A DNA stretch of 64,000 nt, from positions 1,152,001 through 1,216,000 of the forward strand of contig OY764216.1 of assembly GCA_963668315.1 (NCBI GenBank), written 5' to 3'. Under the pieces are notes generated by a model. The model was not told the origin of the DNA. It was given only the letters and a program-made list of their open reading frames with translations, and ran no database searches. Positions 19,387-30,558 of the stretch are shown here, one piece after another (positions within the stretch are counted from its first letter, which is position 1; each line of letters opens with the position of its first letter). This DNA is from Spirochaetia bacterium (GTDB taxonomy: Bacteria > Spirochaetota > Spirochaetia > DSM-2461). Both the position numbers and the translations under genes were made by a program.

Positions 19387-20634
19387 TTATCCCTCTTTAT
19401 AGAAAGCTTTGAAAAGGTCTCTTGTGTAATCTATATCCTTGATTCCCGCTGTCTCCCTGATGCTGTGCATCGCCCAGATCGGAAGTCCCATATCCAGGCA
19501 GGGTATGGTGGTTGCCGCGGAAAGAAGGGGGCCGACCGTGGAACCGCAGGGGAGGTCGGAGTGATGAATATAGGTCTGCAGAGGAATTCCCGATTCCCGG
19601 GCCAGAAGTTTGAGCCGGGCTTCCGTTTCCCCGGTAGTGGCGTACTTATTGTTGTTGTCGATTTTTATGACGGGGCCGCCGTTTATGTCGCACCGGTAGG
19701 CCGGGTCATATTTGTCTCCGTAATTTCCGTTCCATCCGTGGGCCACATCGGCGGAAATGATATAGGAGAGAGGGCGGGATCTGTGCAGTGTCTCACGACC
19801 CAGTCCCCGGGCCAGGCAGATGCGCTCCATGAGGTGTTCCGTCAGGCCGGAAAGGGCGCCTTCAGCCGTCCGGCTGCCCGTCTCTTCGCTGTCGAAGAGG
19901 AGGGCGATAGGCGTTGCTTCCGCCGGCGTCGAAACGGCCAGGGCCTCGGCGGCCAGAAGGCAGTGAACAAGGTTGTCAATCCGTGATGAACTGAGAAGGG
20001 CGGTATCGCCGCTTCCCATAAGGACCGGTTCCCCCGCCAGATAGAGTTCCATCTGGCTTGAGAGAATGGAATCCCTGTCTATGGAGAGCTTTTCCGCAAT
20101 ATAATCGTAAAGATCGGTATTGAGGGTAAGGGTCACCGGGAGATGGACGGCCGGCTTGATTTCGTATCCCTTGTTTATTTCCCGGTTCAGGTGAATCGCC
20201 GCGTTGGGTATGATGGCCACGGGCTCTTCCGAATTGAAGAGGAGCCTTTCCGGGCGTCCCTTGACGCCGGGCACCAGGACCGATCCGGCCAGGCCCAGAG
20301 GACGGTCCTGCCATGTGGAAAGGATGGGGCCGCCGTAGACGGAAACACCGCCGGTCAGAAAAGCCCCTTCCCGTCGGAGGGACTCTTTTTTCAGCCGCAG
20401 ATGGGGACTGTCCGTATGGGCGGCGATAATATTGAAACGGGGTACTTCGGCGGAACCCACCCGAAAGGCGGCCAGGGAGCGGCCGTTTTTAATCACATAG
20501 TAACCGCGGCCCGGTTCCAGGTCCCAGGAATCCTCTTCGTTAAGGTGCTGGAAACCGGACTGGTCCAGCAGCTTTTTCACTTCCGCCACGCCATGCCAGG
20601 CGGAGACGGCGTTCTTAAAAAAATCAGTTAACAT
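19387..20634 (-). CDS. M18-family aminopeptidase
   Basis: AHTDSP, RIDNL, DSEETGS, SADVAH, GSTVGP and MHSIRE. Confidence 0.9.
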   Translation of the reverse strand: MLTDFFKNAVSAWHGVAEVKKLLDQSGFQHLNEEDSWDLEPGRGYYVIKNGRSLAAFRVGSAEVPRFNIIAAHTDSPHLRLKKESLRREGAFLTGGVSVYGGPILSTWQDRPLGLAGSVLVPGVKGRPERLLFNSEEPVAIIPNAAIHLNREINKGYEIKPAVHLPVTLTLNTDLYDYIAEKLSIDRDSILSSQMELYLAGEPVLMGSGDTALLSSSRIDNLVHCLLAAEALAVSTPAEATPIALLFDSEETGSRTAEGALSGLTEHLMERICLARGLGRETLHRSRPLSYIISADVAHGWNGNYGDKYDPAYRCDINGGPVIKIDNNNKYATTGETEARLKLLARESGIPLQTYIHHSDLPCGSTVGPLLSAATTIPCLDMGLPIWAMHSIRETAGIKDIDYTRDLFKAFYKEG

Positions 20635-21272
20635 CAGTTTTCCTTCTTAGAGTCTTTCAATGTCTGGTGAATAAAGGCGGAGAGGACATCCATGGCCCTC
20701 TGGTTATGACCGCCTTCCGGAATTATCAGATCGGCATAAGCTTTCATCGGTTCTATGAATTCATCATGCCCGGGCCGTACGACATTCAGGTACTGTTCTA
20801 CGACCGAATCCACCGTCCGGCCCCGTTCTTCTATATCCCTGAGCATCCGGCGTATAAAACGGATATCTCCGGGGGTATCTACGTAAAGTTTCAGATCGAT
20901 CAGATCCCTCAGGCGGGGATCGGCATAGATCATTATCCCTTCGAGGATGATTATGCCCTCCGGTTCGATGGTCACCGTTTTTTCCGAACGGCGGTGGTTT
21001 ACAAAGTCGTAAACGGGCATCGGGGCCGGTTTTCCCTGGCGGAGAAGGGCCATGTGGGTTGTGAGAAGATCCATGTCAAAGGCATCGGGGTGGTCAAAGT
21101 TCACCGCCGTAATGTGTTCGTTGTCCACGGTTTTCTCGAAGGACCGGTAGTAGTTATCCTGGGGAATGACCGTGAAGCCTTCCACAATTTCGGCGATCTT
21201 TCTTACGATCGTTGTCTTGCCCGAACCCGAACCGCCGCAGATCCCTATGATAAGGGGACCGTCTTTTTTCAT
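20634..21272 (-). CDS. udk: Uridine kinase
   Basis: GGSGSGKTT, QDNYY, NFDHPDAFD and RD..ERGR. Confidence 0.93.
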   Translation of the reverse strand: MKKDGPLIIGICGGSGSGKTTIVRKIAEIVEGFTVIPQDNYYRSFEKTVDNEHITAVNFDHPDAFDMDLLTTHMALLRQGKPAPMPVYDFVNHRRSEKTVTIEPEGIIILEGIMIYADPRLRDLIDLKLYVDTPGDIRFIRRMLRDIEERGRTVDSVVEQYLNVVRPGHDEFIEPMKAYADLIIPEGGHNQRAMDVLSAFIHQTLKDSKKEN

Positions 21273-21297
21273 CCTCTTCTCCTCCCGATGTCTCCGC

Positions 21298-21501
21298 CTA
21301 ATAATGGGGCGGTTTCCTGCTGACCGGAGATTCTTCCATGAGCTCGCTCATCTCTTTTACCTTGGCTACAAGCAGGGTCATGCGCTCTTCCTGTTTCATC
21401 AGACGCTTCTCCTGGTCCGCCACAATCCGGCTTAACTCCTGGATGGTGTCTTCCTGGTAGCTGATTTTGGTTTCCAGGGTGATCAATTTTTCCTCACTCA
21501 T
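21298..21501 (-). CDS. slyX: SlyX-family protein
   Basis: LE.KISYQE..I.EL coiled coil ending in KPPHY. Confidence 0.85.
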   Translation of the reverse strand: MSEEKLITLETKISYQEDTIQELSRIVADQEKRLMKQEERMTLLVAKVKEMSELMEESPVSRKPPHY

Positions 21502-21570
21502 CGGTCCTACCTCTTTGGTTGCTGACTATTATACACGGACTTATTTGCTTTGATAACCTGTTCCGTGCCG

Positions 21571-22698
21571 TCAATCAGGGTAAACACGGGGAACCCGCCC
21601 GGTAATGAGGCAGCAGACTTCATAGGATATCGTATCGAGCTGTTCGGCGATGGCGGCGGCGGAAAAAGGGCAGGGGGGCGGTCCGAAAAGAGTCACGGGA
21701 TCTCCCAGGGACACCCGGCAATCGGCTCCCAGGTCCACCATTATCTGATCCATGCATATCCGGCCGATCACGGGGTAGGTGTTCTCTCCGATCATGACCG
21801 AACCCCTGTTGGAGAGATGCCGGCTGTATCCGTCCCCGTAGCCGATGGCCACGGTGCCGATCCATGTCTCTTCTTTTGCCCGCCAGGTTCTTCCGTAGGA
21901 TACGGACTCTCCGGGAAGGACCTTTTTCAGGAAAACAAGTTCGGAAGTCAGTTCCATCAGGGGGAGAACTCCCAGGGGGGTCCCGGGAAAGGGCTCGTAG
22001 CCGTAGAGAATGATTCCCGGGCGCACCATATCCATGAAGCTGTTCCTATGCTGTACCAGGGCGCCCGAATTCGCCCCGTGGACAAGAAAGTCTTCCGGGG
22101 AATCGGGGAGAGAACGGACGGCGTCGGCCGCCTGTATCAGAGCGGTGGTCTGGTCCTGGGTGAATTGAATGTCCCGTTCCTCCGGTGAGTCGCTGACCGG
22201 GAAATGGGTGCATATTCCCGCCAGGCAGAGCCGTTCCGAAGAGAAGATTCGGCGGGCCAGGGAGACGGCTTCTTCGGGGCGGCAGCCGATGCGGCCCATG
22301 CCCGTGTCTATCTTCAGGTGAACGGGTAGCTTCTTTTCTTCGGGCAGTACCGACCGGGCCGCTCTGTCCAGGGCGTCCAGGTATTCCGCCGACCCCGCGT
22401 AGGGCTGGAGACCCAGCTCTGCCAGTTCCGCCAGCTCCTCCGAAGGGGCGTGGCCCATCATGAGAACGGGCCCGGAGATTCCGGCGTCCCTGAGCTTCCT
22501 GCCTTCCGACGTACGGGCCACGGCAAGGTAATCGCAGCCGTACTTCAGAGCGGCCCTGGCCACGGGAATCATTCCGTGCCCGTAGGCGTCGGCTTTCACG
22601 GGGAGACAGATCTTTCTTTCCGAGCCGATACGCTGCCGGATTATATCTATATTGTGCCTGAGGTTTTCCAGGTGGATAATCGCTCTGGTTCCTGTCAT
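21571..22698 (-). CDS. alr: Alanine racemase
   Basis: VKADAYGHG, KIDTGMGRIG, VRPGIILYG, GYGDG and GRICMDQ. Confidence 0.95.
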   Translation of the reverse strand: MTGTRAIIHLENLRHNIDIIRQRIGSERKICLPVKADAYGHGMIPVARAALKYGCDYLAVARTSEGRKLRDAGISGPVLMMGHAPSEELAELAELGLQPYAGSAEYLDALDRAARSVLPEEKKLPVHLKIDTGMGRIGCRPEEAVSLARRIFSSERLCLAGICTHFPVSDSPEERDIQFTQDQTTALIQAADAVRSLPDSPEDFLVHGANSGALVQHRNSFMDMVRPGIILYGYEPFPGTPLGVLPLMELTSELVFLKKVLPGESVSYGRTWRAKEETWIGTVAIGYGDGYSRHLSNRGSVMIGENTYPVIGRICMDQIMVDLGADCRVSLGDPVTLFGPPPCPFSAAAIAEQLDTISYEVCCLITGRVPRVYPD

Positions 22699-23216
22699 TT
22701 CTCAATTCCCGTCCGGGCGGAAACGCCCTCGCTGTAGTAGTGTTTGACTTCCGTCATTTCCGTGACCAGATCGGCCAGTCCAACTATCTCTTTCGGCGCA
22801 TATCGCCCGGTAATGATCAGTTCGGTCTTTTCTTTTTTCTCCCCTATGAGATAGAGCGCATCCTCCAGGGGGATGACGTCCAGGTGTAGGGCCACATTCA
22901 GTTCGTCGGCGATCACCACATCCCATTCTCCCGAGGCTAGAACGGATGCCAGTTCGGCAATGCCCTTTTCGGCCAGGAGCCGGTCCTCTTCGGCCACTTC
23001 GTTATTGATAAAATGGGGAGCTCCGAACTGCTTGATGGTTATCAGGTCATCGAAACGTCTCAGGGCCCCGATTTCCGAATAGTCCCCCGATTTGAGGAAC
23101 TGCCCGATAAATACTCTATGCCCTGCCCCCGCTGAACGCAGAGCCAGCCCCAGGGCGGCGGTGGTTTTTCCCTTGCCGTTGCCCGTGTATATCTGGATAT
23201 AACCCTTATCTTTCAT
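22695..23216 (-). CDS. cobO: Cob(I)yrinic acid a,c-diamide adenosyltransferase
   Basis: YTGNGKGKTTAALG, QFLK, TGR and AR.GIE. Confidence 0.9.
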   Translation of the reverse strand: MKDKGYIQIYTGNGKGKTTAALGLALRSAGAGHRVFIGQFLKSGDYSEIGALRRFDDLITIKQFGAPHFINNEVAEEDRLLAEKGIAELASVLASGEWDVVIADELNVALHLDVIPLEDALYLIGEKKEKTELIITGRYAPKEIVGLADLVTEMTEVKHYYSEGVSARTGIEK

Positions 23217-23352
23217 AGTGAGAAAATTATAGCACAGGAGAAGGGGAGAACAAAGAGAGTCACTATGGCGGTGTTGAGGCGGATAGGGGGAAAGATCTTT
23301 TCAGCCCGTTCTTTCCCTTGTAAAAATGAAACGTCGGTTCTATACTGACTCC

Positions 23353-25116
23353 ATGAAAGTAAACAGAATGGAACGGGTAAAAAGATTCATCCCCTATTAC
23401 GGGCCTTACAAGGCTCTTTTTTTTGCCGATTTAATCTGCGCCGTTTTTATCGCCGCCATTGAGCTGGCCTATCCCATGCTGACCCGGCATGTCCTGCAGA
23501 CCATTATTCCCGAAGGCACGACGGGACGGCTCATCTTTACTCTGGCCCTCATGCTGGTGCTGTATATCCTTATGGCGGGATTGAACTGGTTCGTAACTTT
23601 CTGGGGACATATCATCGGTGTCCGGATGGAAGCGGATATGAGGCATGATCTGTTTGCCCATATGCAGGTTCTGCCCTTCAGTTTTTACGACAACAACCGG
23701 ACCGGCGTGCTTATGTCCCGGGTCGTGAACGACTTGAACGATATTTCCGAAGTGGCCCACCACGGGCCGGAGGATGTTTTTCTTTCATTCCTGATGATGG
23801 TGGGCTCCTTTGTGCTCCTCCTGGGGATTGAGTGGCATCTGGCGGTCATCATCTTCGGAGTGATGGTTCCCCTGATCCTCTGGTTCAGCATCACCCGCAG
23901 GACGGCCCTGGGGCGGACATTCCGAAAACTGCGTGAGCGGATAGGGGAGATAAACGCCCTTCTGGAAAACAGCATCTCCGGCATCCGGGTGGCCCGGGCC
24001 TTTACCAACGAGTGGTACGAGAAGGAGAAGTTCGACGGGACCAACGGGGATTTCCGCAATGCCAAAACCGATGCCTACCGGGCCATGGCCGACTACCATA
24101 CGGCGATAGGTTTCTTTCTGAGCCTCCTGAATGTGACCGCCCTGGCCGCGGGAGCCTTCTTCATCCGCCTCGGGTTCATGGATATCGCCGACCTTCTGGC
24201 TTTCATGCTCTATATCAACCTGGTGGCCCAGCCTATCCGCATGTTTACCAACTTCACCCAGCAGTTCGAACAGGCCATGGCGGGCTTCAACCGCTTCTGC
24301 GAAATCATGGATGTGGAACCGGATATCAAGGACAAGCCCGACGCCAGGGAACTGACCGATGTGAAGGGAAATATCAGACTGGAAAATGTCACCTTCAGCT
24401 ACGATGACAAGAACCATATCCTCAAAAATGTCGATGTGGATATCAAGGCGGGGCAGACCGTCGCTCTCGTGGGGCCGACCGGGGCGGGAAAAACAACACT
24501 CTGCCATCTCATCCCCCGGTTCTACGAGCCCCAGGAGGGGAGGGTGTCCGTGGACGGCCATTCGGTGGAAGATCTGACCCTGGAGAGTCTGCGCCGCCAG
24601 GTGGGGCTGGTTCAGCAGGATGTGTTTCTCTTCACCGGGTCGATAAAGGACAATATCTCCTACGGACGGCCCGATGCGGCGGACGAAGAGATTGTGGAGG
24701 CGGCGAAGAAATCAGAAATCCACGATTTCATTGAGTCCCTTCCCGACGGCTATGACTCCTGGATAGGGGAGAAGGGGATACTCCTTTCGGGAGGGCAGAA
24801 GCAGCGCCTCGCCATTGCCCGGGCTTTCCTGAAGAATCCTCCCATCCTCATCCTGGACGAAGCCACCAGCGCTCTGGATAACCATACGGAAGCCCGTATT
24901 CAGAAAGCTCTCGAGGAGCTGAGCCGCGGACGGACCTCTCTGGTTATCGCCCATAGGCTGTCAACAGTCCGCCATGCCGATAAGATAGTCGTTCTCACCA
25001 CCGATGGAATCGAAGAGGAGGGAACCCACGAGGAACTCTACGGGAGAGAAGGATTATACCGCCGCCTGTACGATTCTCAGTTTGCGTCCCCGCCGGTGGA
25101 GGACAGGGTCGGCTGA
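23353..25116 (+). CDS. ABC exporter, fused permease/ATPase
   Basis: TM domain plus GPTGAGKT, LSGGQKQR and LDEATS; start at ATG 23353 suggested by promoter spacing. Confidence 0.9.
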   Translation: MKVNRMERVKRFIPYYGPYKALFFADLICAVFIAAIELAYPMLTRHVLQTIIPEGTTGRLIFTLALMLVLYILMAGLNWFVTFWGHIIGVRMEADMRHDLFAHMQVLPFSFYDNNRTGVLMSRVVNDLNDISEVAHHGPEDVFLSFLMMVGSFVLLLGIEWHLAVIIFGVMVPLILWFSITRRTALGRTFRKLRERIGEINALLENSISGIRVARAFTNEWYEKEKFDGTNGDFRNAKTDAYRAMADYHTAIGFFLSLLNVTALAAGAFFIRLGFMDIADLLAFMLYINLVAQPIRMFTNFTQQFEQAMAGFNRFCEIMDVEPDIKDKPDARELTDVKGNIRLENVTFSYDDKNHILKNVDVDIKAGQTVALVGPTGAGKTTLCHLIPRFYEPQEGRVSVDGHSVEDLTLESLRRQVGLVQQDVFLFTGSIKDNISYGRPDAADEEIVEAAKKSEIHDFIESLPDGYDSWIGEKGILLSGGQKQRLAIARAFLKNPPILILDEATSALDNHTEARIQKALEELSRGRTSLVIAHRLSTVRHADKIVVLTTDGIEEEGTHEELYGREGLYRRLYDSQFASPPVEDRVG

Positions 25117-26270
25117 TCCGGGTCTGAATAGAAACAGGCCCGGTTCCGTCCTTCCGTCTTGGCTTTATAGAGTGCCTTATCCGCCCTGCGGATGAGGTTT
25201 TCCATATCTGAGTAGGTATGAAGTTCACCGTGGGCAATACCGAAGCTGGCCGTGACATAGGGCGAAATGGGAGACGCCCCGTGGGGAATGGCCAGACGGC
25301 CGATTTCATCGATCAAGCGCTGTGTAATCTCATGGAGCTTGTCTATTTCTGCGGTGGGAAGGATGAGAATGAACTCTTCTCCTCCGTATCGGGCGGCCTG
25401 GTCGTGGCCCTTCCGTATTATCGATTCCAGCGTATGCCCCACGGCTTTGAGGCAGGTGTCACCGGCCTGATGGCCGTAGGTATCGTTGTATTTTTTGAAA
25501 AAATCCACATCGATAAGTATGACTTCCAGAGATTTCTCCAACGGGCTTCCGGAAAGGAGCCTTATGACGAAATTCTCCATGGCCCTTCTGTTGGATAATC
25601 CTGTTAGTGAATCCTTTTCCGAAAGACTCTGCAGTTCGGTATTCTCCTCGCTGAGTGAATCGCCCCTTTTTTTCTCTCTGTATATGAGAAGGAAATTTTT
25701 CCTTTTCTCCTTTTCCAGTGAATAATTGGCAAATATAGAAAATATCATGTTGGAGAGGAGGAAGGAGAGATTGAAGACCTGGATAGCAAGGGAGTTTCCG
25801 GCGTAGAAAGGGATAAAGGCGATATACATGAAAAATACCGCGAAAGAAATTATCACTCCATGGTGAAACCGGAGCCTGACGACGAGGTTGGCGAATATGA
25901 GAACAAGGCTGACTCCCGGATGGTAGATCACGGACAGTTCGCATTGGCTGCGGGAGATGAGAAAGATCAGGGAGAGGGCCGTCAGAAAAATGAGAGCCGA
26001 TTCCGCCCGTTCCCTTATGAGGGCCGGAGGGTTGGATTTCTGGAAAATCATCCCGATGATAAGCAGGGGAGTGATGATGCCCAGCCTTACGATAAGAGCT
26101 GTGGCGTATATATCGGGTATCATATAATGATCGGGAATCAGAAAGAGAAGGTAAACAAATATGGCGGGATATCCTCTGACGTAGAGCTGGCGAGACCGCT
26201 CTTTTGCGGTTTCTTCTTCATAGAGTCTCTCCATTTCCGGTTCAAACCGCAATCGCCATTTTTCTTTCAT
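25077..26270 (-). CDS. Membrane-bound diguanylate cyclase (GGDEF)
   Basis: Multiple TM helices; DSLTGLSNRR, DVDFFKKYND and RYGGEEF. Confidence 0.9.
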   Translation of the reverse strand: MKEKWRLRFEPEMERLYEEETAKERSRQLYVRGYPAIFVYLLFLIPDHYMIPDIYATALIVRLGIITPLLIIGMIFQKSNPPALIRERAESALIFLTALSLIFLISRSQCELSVIYHPGVSLVLIFANLVVRLRFHHGVIISFAVFFMYIAFIPFYAGNSLAIQVFNLSFLLSNMIFSIFANYSLEKEKRKNFLLIYREKKRGDSLSEENTELQSLSEKDSLTGLSNRRAMENFVIRLLSGSPLEKSLEVILIDVDFFKKYNDTYGHQAGDTCLKAVGHTLESIIRKGHDQAARYGGEEFILILPTAEIDKLHEITQRLIDEIGRLAIPHGASPISPYVTASFGIAHGELHTYSDMENLIRRADKALYKAKTEGRNRACFYSDPDQPTLSSTGGDAN

Positions 26271-26399
26271 CGCTTTGATTTGCCTTCGGCTGTGACGGTG
26301 AGTTAATCTCGCCTTCGGCCTTCAGAAGTAAGAATACTTCTCTTTCTATGAGATTTCAAGAGCCGGGAGAGAGCCATGATGTAATAATGCAGAAAGGGG

Positions 26400-26437
26400 T
26401 TGCCTCATTGGTCACAATGTTCTATTATCATACAATA
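26400..26437 (+). promoter_or_regulatory. Sigma70-like promoter of the GntR gene with overlapping ATCAkACA motif
   Basis: TTGCCT-17-TATTAT; CTATTATCATACAAT (26422-26436) is identical to the reverse complement of 41694-41708. Confidence 0.55.
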
Positions 26438-26447
26438 GGAGAGGCGT

Positions 26448-27155
26448 ATGGCAAAGATTCGTCAGAAAACGGTTGTAGAGCAGGTGATGGAGCAGATCAA
26501 AGAGCTGATCGCTTCGGGAAAATACCAACCGGGGGATAAACTGCCCACCGAGCATGAGCTGGCTGAGAAATTCGGCATCGGCCGTTCGTCTATCCGTGAA
26601 GCCATCAAGATCTTCAACTACCTGGGTGTTCTGGAATCCAAGGCCGCCAAGGGAACCTTCCTTTCCGACCGGGGCAATATTTCGGCCGAAGCCCTGTCGT
26701 GGTCCATTCTGCTGGGAAAGGATGAACTGCAGGAGCTGATTGAAACCCGGGGCGCCATAGAGCTCTGGAGCATCATCACCCTGACCGGGCTTTATCAGAA
26801 TGATCCGGAGAAATGCACTCCTGTCATAGAGGAGCTGAAAGAGCAGATCCGCAAAATGAAAAAAGGACTGGAAGAGGGAAAGCTTGAGGAGATGGTGGAA
26901 GCCGATTATGCCTTTCATAATATCGTTGTCAAAAGCACGGAAAACTCCCTTTTCTACTCTATCTACAAAACCCTCAAATCCTTCATGTATGAAGAGATCG
27001 TCCAGTCTCAGAATGATTACGCCGATCCGGGACTGATTGTTTCGGAGCATCAGGATATCATCGATACCATTATGTCCGGCGATATCAACCGCTCCGTGAA
27101 GACTTTCAATTCCCATATCGTCAATATTGAAAATCGACTGAAAATCCACGATTAG
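26448..27155 (+). CDS. FadR/GntR-family transcriptional regulator
   Basis: PGDKLPTEHELAEKFGIGRSSIREA wHTH; FCD domain with D..FH and EH. Confidence 0.92.
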   Translation: MAKIRQKTVVEQVMEQIKELIASGKYQPGDKLPTEHELAEKFGIGRSSIREAIKIFNYLGVLESKAAKGTFLSDRGNISAEALSWSILLGKDELQELIETRGAIELWSIITLTGLYQNDPEKCTPVIEELKEQIRKMKKGLEEGKLEEMVEADYAFHNIVVKSTENSLFYSIYKTLKSFMYEEIVQSQNDYADPGLIVSEHQDIIDTIMSGDINRSVKTFNSHIVNIENRLKIHD

Positions 27156-27163
27156 GTTTTCCC

Positions 27164-27607
27164 GTGATACTTGTAAGCGCCTGCCTGGCGGGGGTCTCCT
27201 GCCGTTACGACGGAAACAGCAATACCGTAGAGGAACTGGAAAATCTCGTGAAATCGGGGCAGGCGATAGCCCTATGCCCTGAGGTGCTGGGCGGGCTCCC
27301 CACTCCCCGAGTCCCCTGCGAAATCGTGACGGGCGAGGGGGAAGAAAAGCGTGTCCTCGATAAACACGGAGAGGACAGGACAGCCGAATTCGAAGAGGGC
27401 GCCCGGCTGACCGAAGAGATATGCCGTCTTTTGGGCATTAAGACTGCCGTTTTGAAATCGGGAAGTCCTTCCTGCGGCTGTCGCCAGATTTACGACGGTT
27501 CTTTTACCGGCAAAAAACGGGAAGGCCGGGGATTGACGGCGGAGCAGTTAATTCTATCGGGTATAACGGTCTGCAATGAAAAAGACTGGGGAGAGAAAAG
27601 CCGATAG
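27164..27607 (+). CDS. DUF523 / 2-thiouracil desulfurase family protein
   Basis: ILVSACLAG..CRYDG, CPEVLGGL.TPR and SPSCG. Confidence 0.88.
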   Translation: MILVSACLAGVSCRYDGNSNTVEELENLVKSGQAIALCPEVLGGLPTPRVPCEIVTGEGEEKRVLDKHGEDRTAEFEEGARLTEEICRLLGIKTAVLKSGSPSCGCRQIYDGSFTGKKREGRGLTAEQLILSGITVCNEKDWGEKSR

Positions 27608-27671
27608 CCTCCTCTCCCCGGTATGAAATATCCCGCTGCTTCAGAAGCCGCTGGGTTGATTCTTGAATATC

Positions 27672-28565
27672 CTAGATTCCCGTGTGCTTGCTTATGTAGG
27701 CCCGGGCATTCTTGGCATAAACGAAGGGATTGGCTTTAGCCGGATCCTGCTCCGCTTCCACAACCATCCAGCCTTCGTATCCATTCTCTTCCAGTATGGC
27801 AAAGAGGGAGGGAAAATCGATGCTTCCGTCGCCGGGAACCGTGAAGACACCCTGCCTTACCGCATCCAGGAAGGATGAATCCTTTGCTTTCACATCGGTG
27901 AAGACATTGGTTCTCATATCCTTGAGGTGGACATGGCCCACGCGGGAGATAAACTTCTTCAGCGCGGCGACGGGATCTTCCCCGGAGAAGGCGAAGTGAC
28001 CCGAATCAAAGAGGAGGGTTACTTTGGAAGGATCGGTCTCGTTCAGGAACCTTTCCGTCTCTTCGATAGTCTGAACGCCCGTACCCATGTGATGGTGGAA
28101 TGCCAGGGTCAAGCCTTCCTCTTTGGCTATATGGCCCAGCTTGTTCATGCCGTCGGTCAGTCTCTTGAACTCCTCGTCAGTAAAAACGGCCTTGCCGGAG
28201 AATACGGAAGTTTTCGTATCTCCCTGGCAGCTTCTGGTCTGTTCCGAAGGTCCGATCACGTCGGCGCCCATGGCCTTCAGGAAAGCCAGCTGCGCCCTGA
28301 AGTCCTTTTCCACCTGCTCAAAGGGCTGGGAACAGAGGAAGGAACTGAACCACTGATTGCAGATTTTAATGCCCCGCACGTCCAGGTACTCTTTGAGAAC
28401 CGCCGGATCCTTGGGGTATTTGTTGCCTACTTCCGAACCGGTATAACCGGCCAGAGCCATTTCGCTGACGCACTGTTCGAAGGAATTTTCCTTTCCCAGG
28501 TCGGGCATATCGTCATTTGTCCAGCCGATAGGCGCCATGGCCAGTTTAACCTTGTTTTTATCCAT
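27672..28565 (-). CDS. iolE: myo-Inosose-2 dehydratase
   Basis: APIGWTNDDMP, HHHMGT, HVHLKD, FTVPGDG and VVEAEQDP. Confidence 0.95.
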   Translation of the reverse strand: MDKNKVKLAMAPIGWTNDDMPDLGKENSFEQCVSEMALAGYTGSEVGNKYPKDPAVLKEYLDVRGIKICNQWFSSFLCSQPFEQVEKDFRAQLAFLKAMGADVIGPSEQTRSCQGDTKTSVFSGKAVFTDEEFKRLTDGMNKLGHIAKEEGLTLAFHHHMGTGVQTIEETERFLNETDPSKVTLLFDSGHFAFSGEDPVAALKKFISRVGHVHLKDMRTNVFTDVKAKDSSFLDAVRQGVFTVPGDGSIDFPSLFAILEENGYEGWMVVEAEQDPAKANPFVYAKNARAYISKHTGI

Positions 28566-28623
28566 ATAAAACCTCTGTGAAAACCTCCGGCATTACGCCG
28601 GAGTAGTATGTTTATACTGAAAA

Positions 28624-30558
28624 TCAGTATTTTCTGGCTCTTTCAAGCTCTTCTTTCTGTGCTTCGGTCTTCTCTACGATGGAAGGATTCTTTGCCACTT
28701 CGGCCTGTCCGCAGCGCCAGAAACCTTTGTATCCGTCGGTCATGGTTTTGGGCAGGACCTTGATGTCGAACACCGTTGAAACGGTCTGCTTCTTCGCATC
28801 GGCAATGGCGTCGCGCAGTTCCTGCTCGTTCCGTATCGAATAGGTCTTACAGCCGTATCCCTCACCGATTTTGGCAAAATCGATGGCGATAAGCGAGCCG
28901 TCCAGTTTGCCGGTCTTCTCGTTTCTATGGCGGAATTCCGTTCCGAAACTGCCCTGGCCCCTATCCATCTGAAGGTTGTTGATACAGCCGAATTCGGCAT
29001 TGTCGAAGATCACCAGATTGATCTTCTTCCCTTCCTGGAGGGAGGTCGCCAGTTCGGAGTGGAGCATCATGAATGATCCGTCTCCCAGGTAGGCGTATAC
29101 TTCCCGGTCAGGTTCGGCCAGTTTGACTCCCAGGGCCGCGCCAATTTCATAACCCATGCAGGAGTAGCCGTACTCCATGTTGTAGGAGCGTTCGCTCTTG
29201 GCCCGGAATACCCTCTGAAGGTCGCCCGGCAGGGACCCGGCGGCTCCGACGACAATGGCGTCCTTATCAAGAACATCATCCAGTATGCCCAGGACTCCGG
29301 TCTGCGTCATTTTGGAGCCGAAGAACTTGCTGTACTCTTCCAGTGCGTCTGTCAGGCCGTCTTTGATCTCGGGAACGAATCCGGGGCCGGTATATTCTAC
29401 GGAGAAAAGTCGGTTCAGCTCTTTATCCCATTCGGCTTTGGCATCCTTTATCTCATTCTGATAGGAGGATTTGTAGCCTTCGGCGGAAAGAGCCTTTCCT
29501 ATGGCTTCCAGAGACATTTTCGCATCGGCCGTTACCCGGACGGCATCCATTTTGTACGAGTCGAAAGAGGCCACATTGATATTCACGTAATTCACATTGG
29601 GATTCTGGTAAAGCCATTTGGAGGCGGTGGTGAAGTCGGTATAGCGGGTTCCCACTCCGATAACCAGATCGGTCTCCTGTCCCAGAATGTTGGCGGCCAG
29701 ACAGCCGGTGGTGCCGATGCCTCCCAGGTTCAGGGGGTGGCTGTAGAGGGTGGCGCTTTTTCCCGCCTGTGTTTCGGCGTAGGGAATGTTGAAATCCTCG
29801 CAGAACTTGAGCATCGCCTTGCCCGCTTCGGAGTAGCGCACACCGCCGCCGCAGATAAGGAGGGGCTTTTTCTTGTTCTTGATCATGGCCACGGCTTCTT
29901 TTACCATGGCGTCGGTGGGAGCCGTTCTCTCCAGGCGGTGAACCCGCTTCTGGAAGAAATACTCCGGATAGTCGTATGCTTCGCCCTGAACATCCTGGGG
30001 CAGACAGACGGCTACGGCGCCCGTGTTGGCCGGATCGGTCAGGGTTCTCATGGCGCCGATCATGGCGGACATGAGCTGTTCGGGACGGTTGATCCTGTCC
30101 CAGAATTTACAGACGGGCCTGAAGGCGTCGTTGGTGGTAAGGGTCAGGTCGTGGAACTGCTCCATCTGCTGCAGAACCGGGTCGGGCTGTCTCGTGGCGT
30201 AGGTGTCGCCGGGCAGCAGGAGAACGGGAATTCTGTTCGCCGTGGCCGTGGCGGCGGCGGTGACCATGTTGGCGGCGCCGGGCCCTACCGAGGAGGTGCA
30301 GGCGTAGATCTGGCGGCGGTGATTCTGCTTGGCAAAACCCATGGCGGCGTGGGCCATGCCCTGCTCGTTGCGCCCCTGGTGGACGATCAGGTCGCCCGGG
30401 TCTTCTTCAAGGGCCTGTCCCAGACCGACCACATTGCCATGTCCGAAAACGGTAAAAATACCCTTTACGAATTTATGTTCTTCCCCGTCGAACTCCAGAT
30501 ACTGCTGATTGAGAAATTTGACCAGCGCCTGGGCTACGGTCATTCTTATCGTTCCCAT
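28624..30558 (-). CDS. iolD: 3D-(3,5/4)-trihydroxycyclohexane-1,2-dione acylhydrolase
   Basis: [32 protein letters not shown] and GDGS TPP motif. Confidence 0.96.
   Translation of the reverse strand: MGTIRMTVAQALVKFLNQQYLEFDGEEHKFVKGIFTVFGHGNVVGLGQALEEDPGDLIVHQGRNEQGMAHAAMGFAKQNHRRQIYACTSSVGPGAANMVTAAATATANRIPVLLLPGDTYATRQPDPVLQQMEQFHDLTLTTNDAFRPVCKFWDRINRPEQLMSAMIGAMRTLTDPANTGAVAVCLPQDVQGEAYDYPEYFFQKRVHRLERTAPTDAMVKEAVAMIKNKKKPLLICGGGVRYSEAGKAMLKFCEDFNIPYAETQAGKSATLYSHPLNLGGIGTTGCLAANILGQETDLVIGVGTRYTDFTTASKWLYQNPNVNYVNINVASFDSYKMDAVRVTADAKMSLEAIGKALSAEGYKSSYQNEIKDAKAEWDKELNRLFSVEYTGPGFVPEIKDGLTDALEEYSKFFGSKMTQTGVLGILDDVLDKDAIVVGAAGSLPGDLQRVFRAKSERSYNMEYGYSCMGYEIGAALGVKLAEPDREVYAYLGDGSFMMLHSELATSLQEGKKINLVIFDNAEFGCINNLQMDRGQGSFGTEFRHRNEKTGKLDGSLIAIDFAKIGEGYGCKTYSIRNEQELRDAIADAKKQTVSTVFDIKVLPKTMTDGYKGFWRCGQAEVAKNPSIVEKTEAQKEELERARKY

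Noticed and set aside
4772..25116. Short 3' overlaps of convergent genes (4772-4806, 8601-8623, 14112-14115, 25077-25116)
   Set aside because: Common in compact genomes; nothing suggests a special function.
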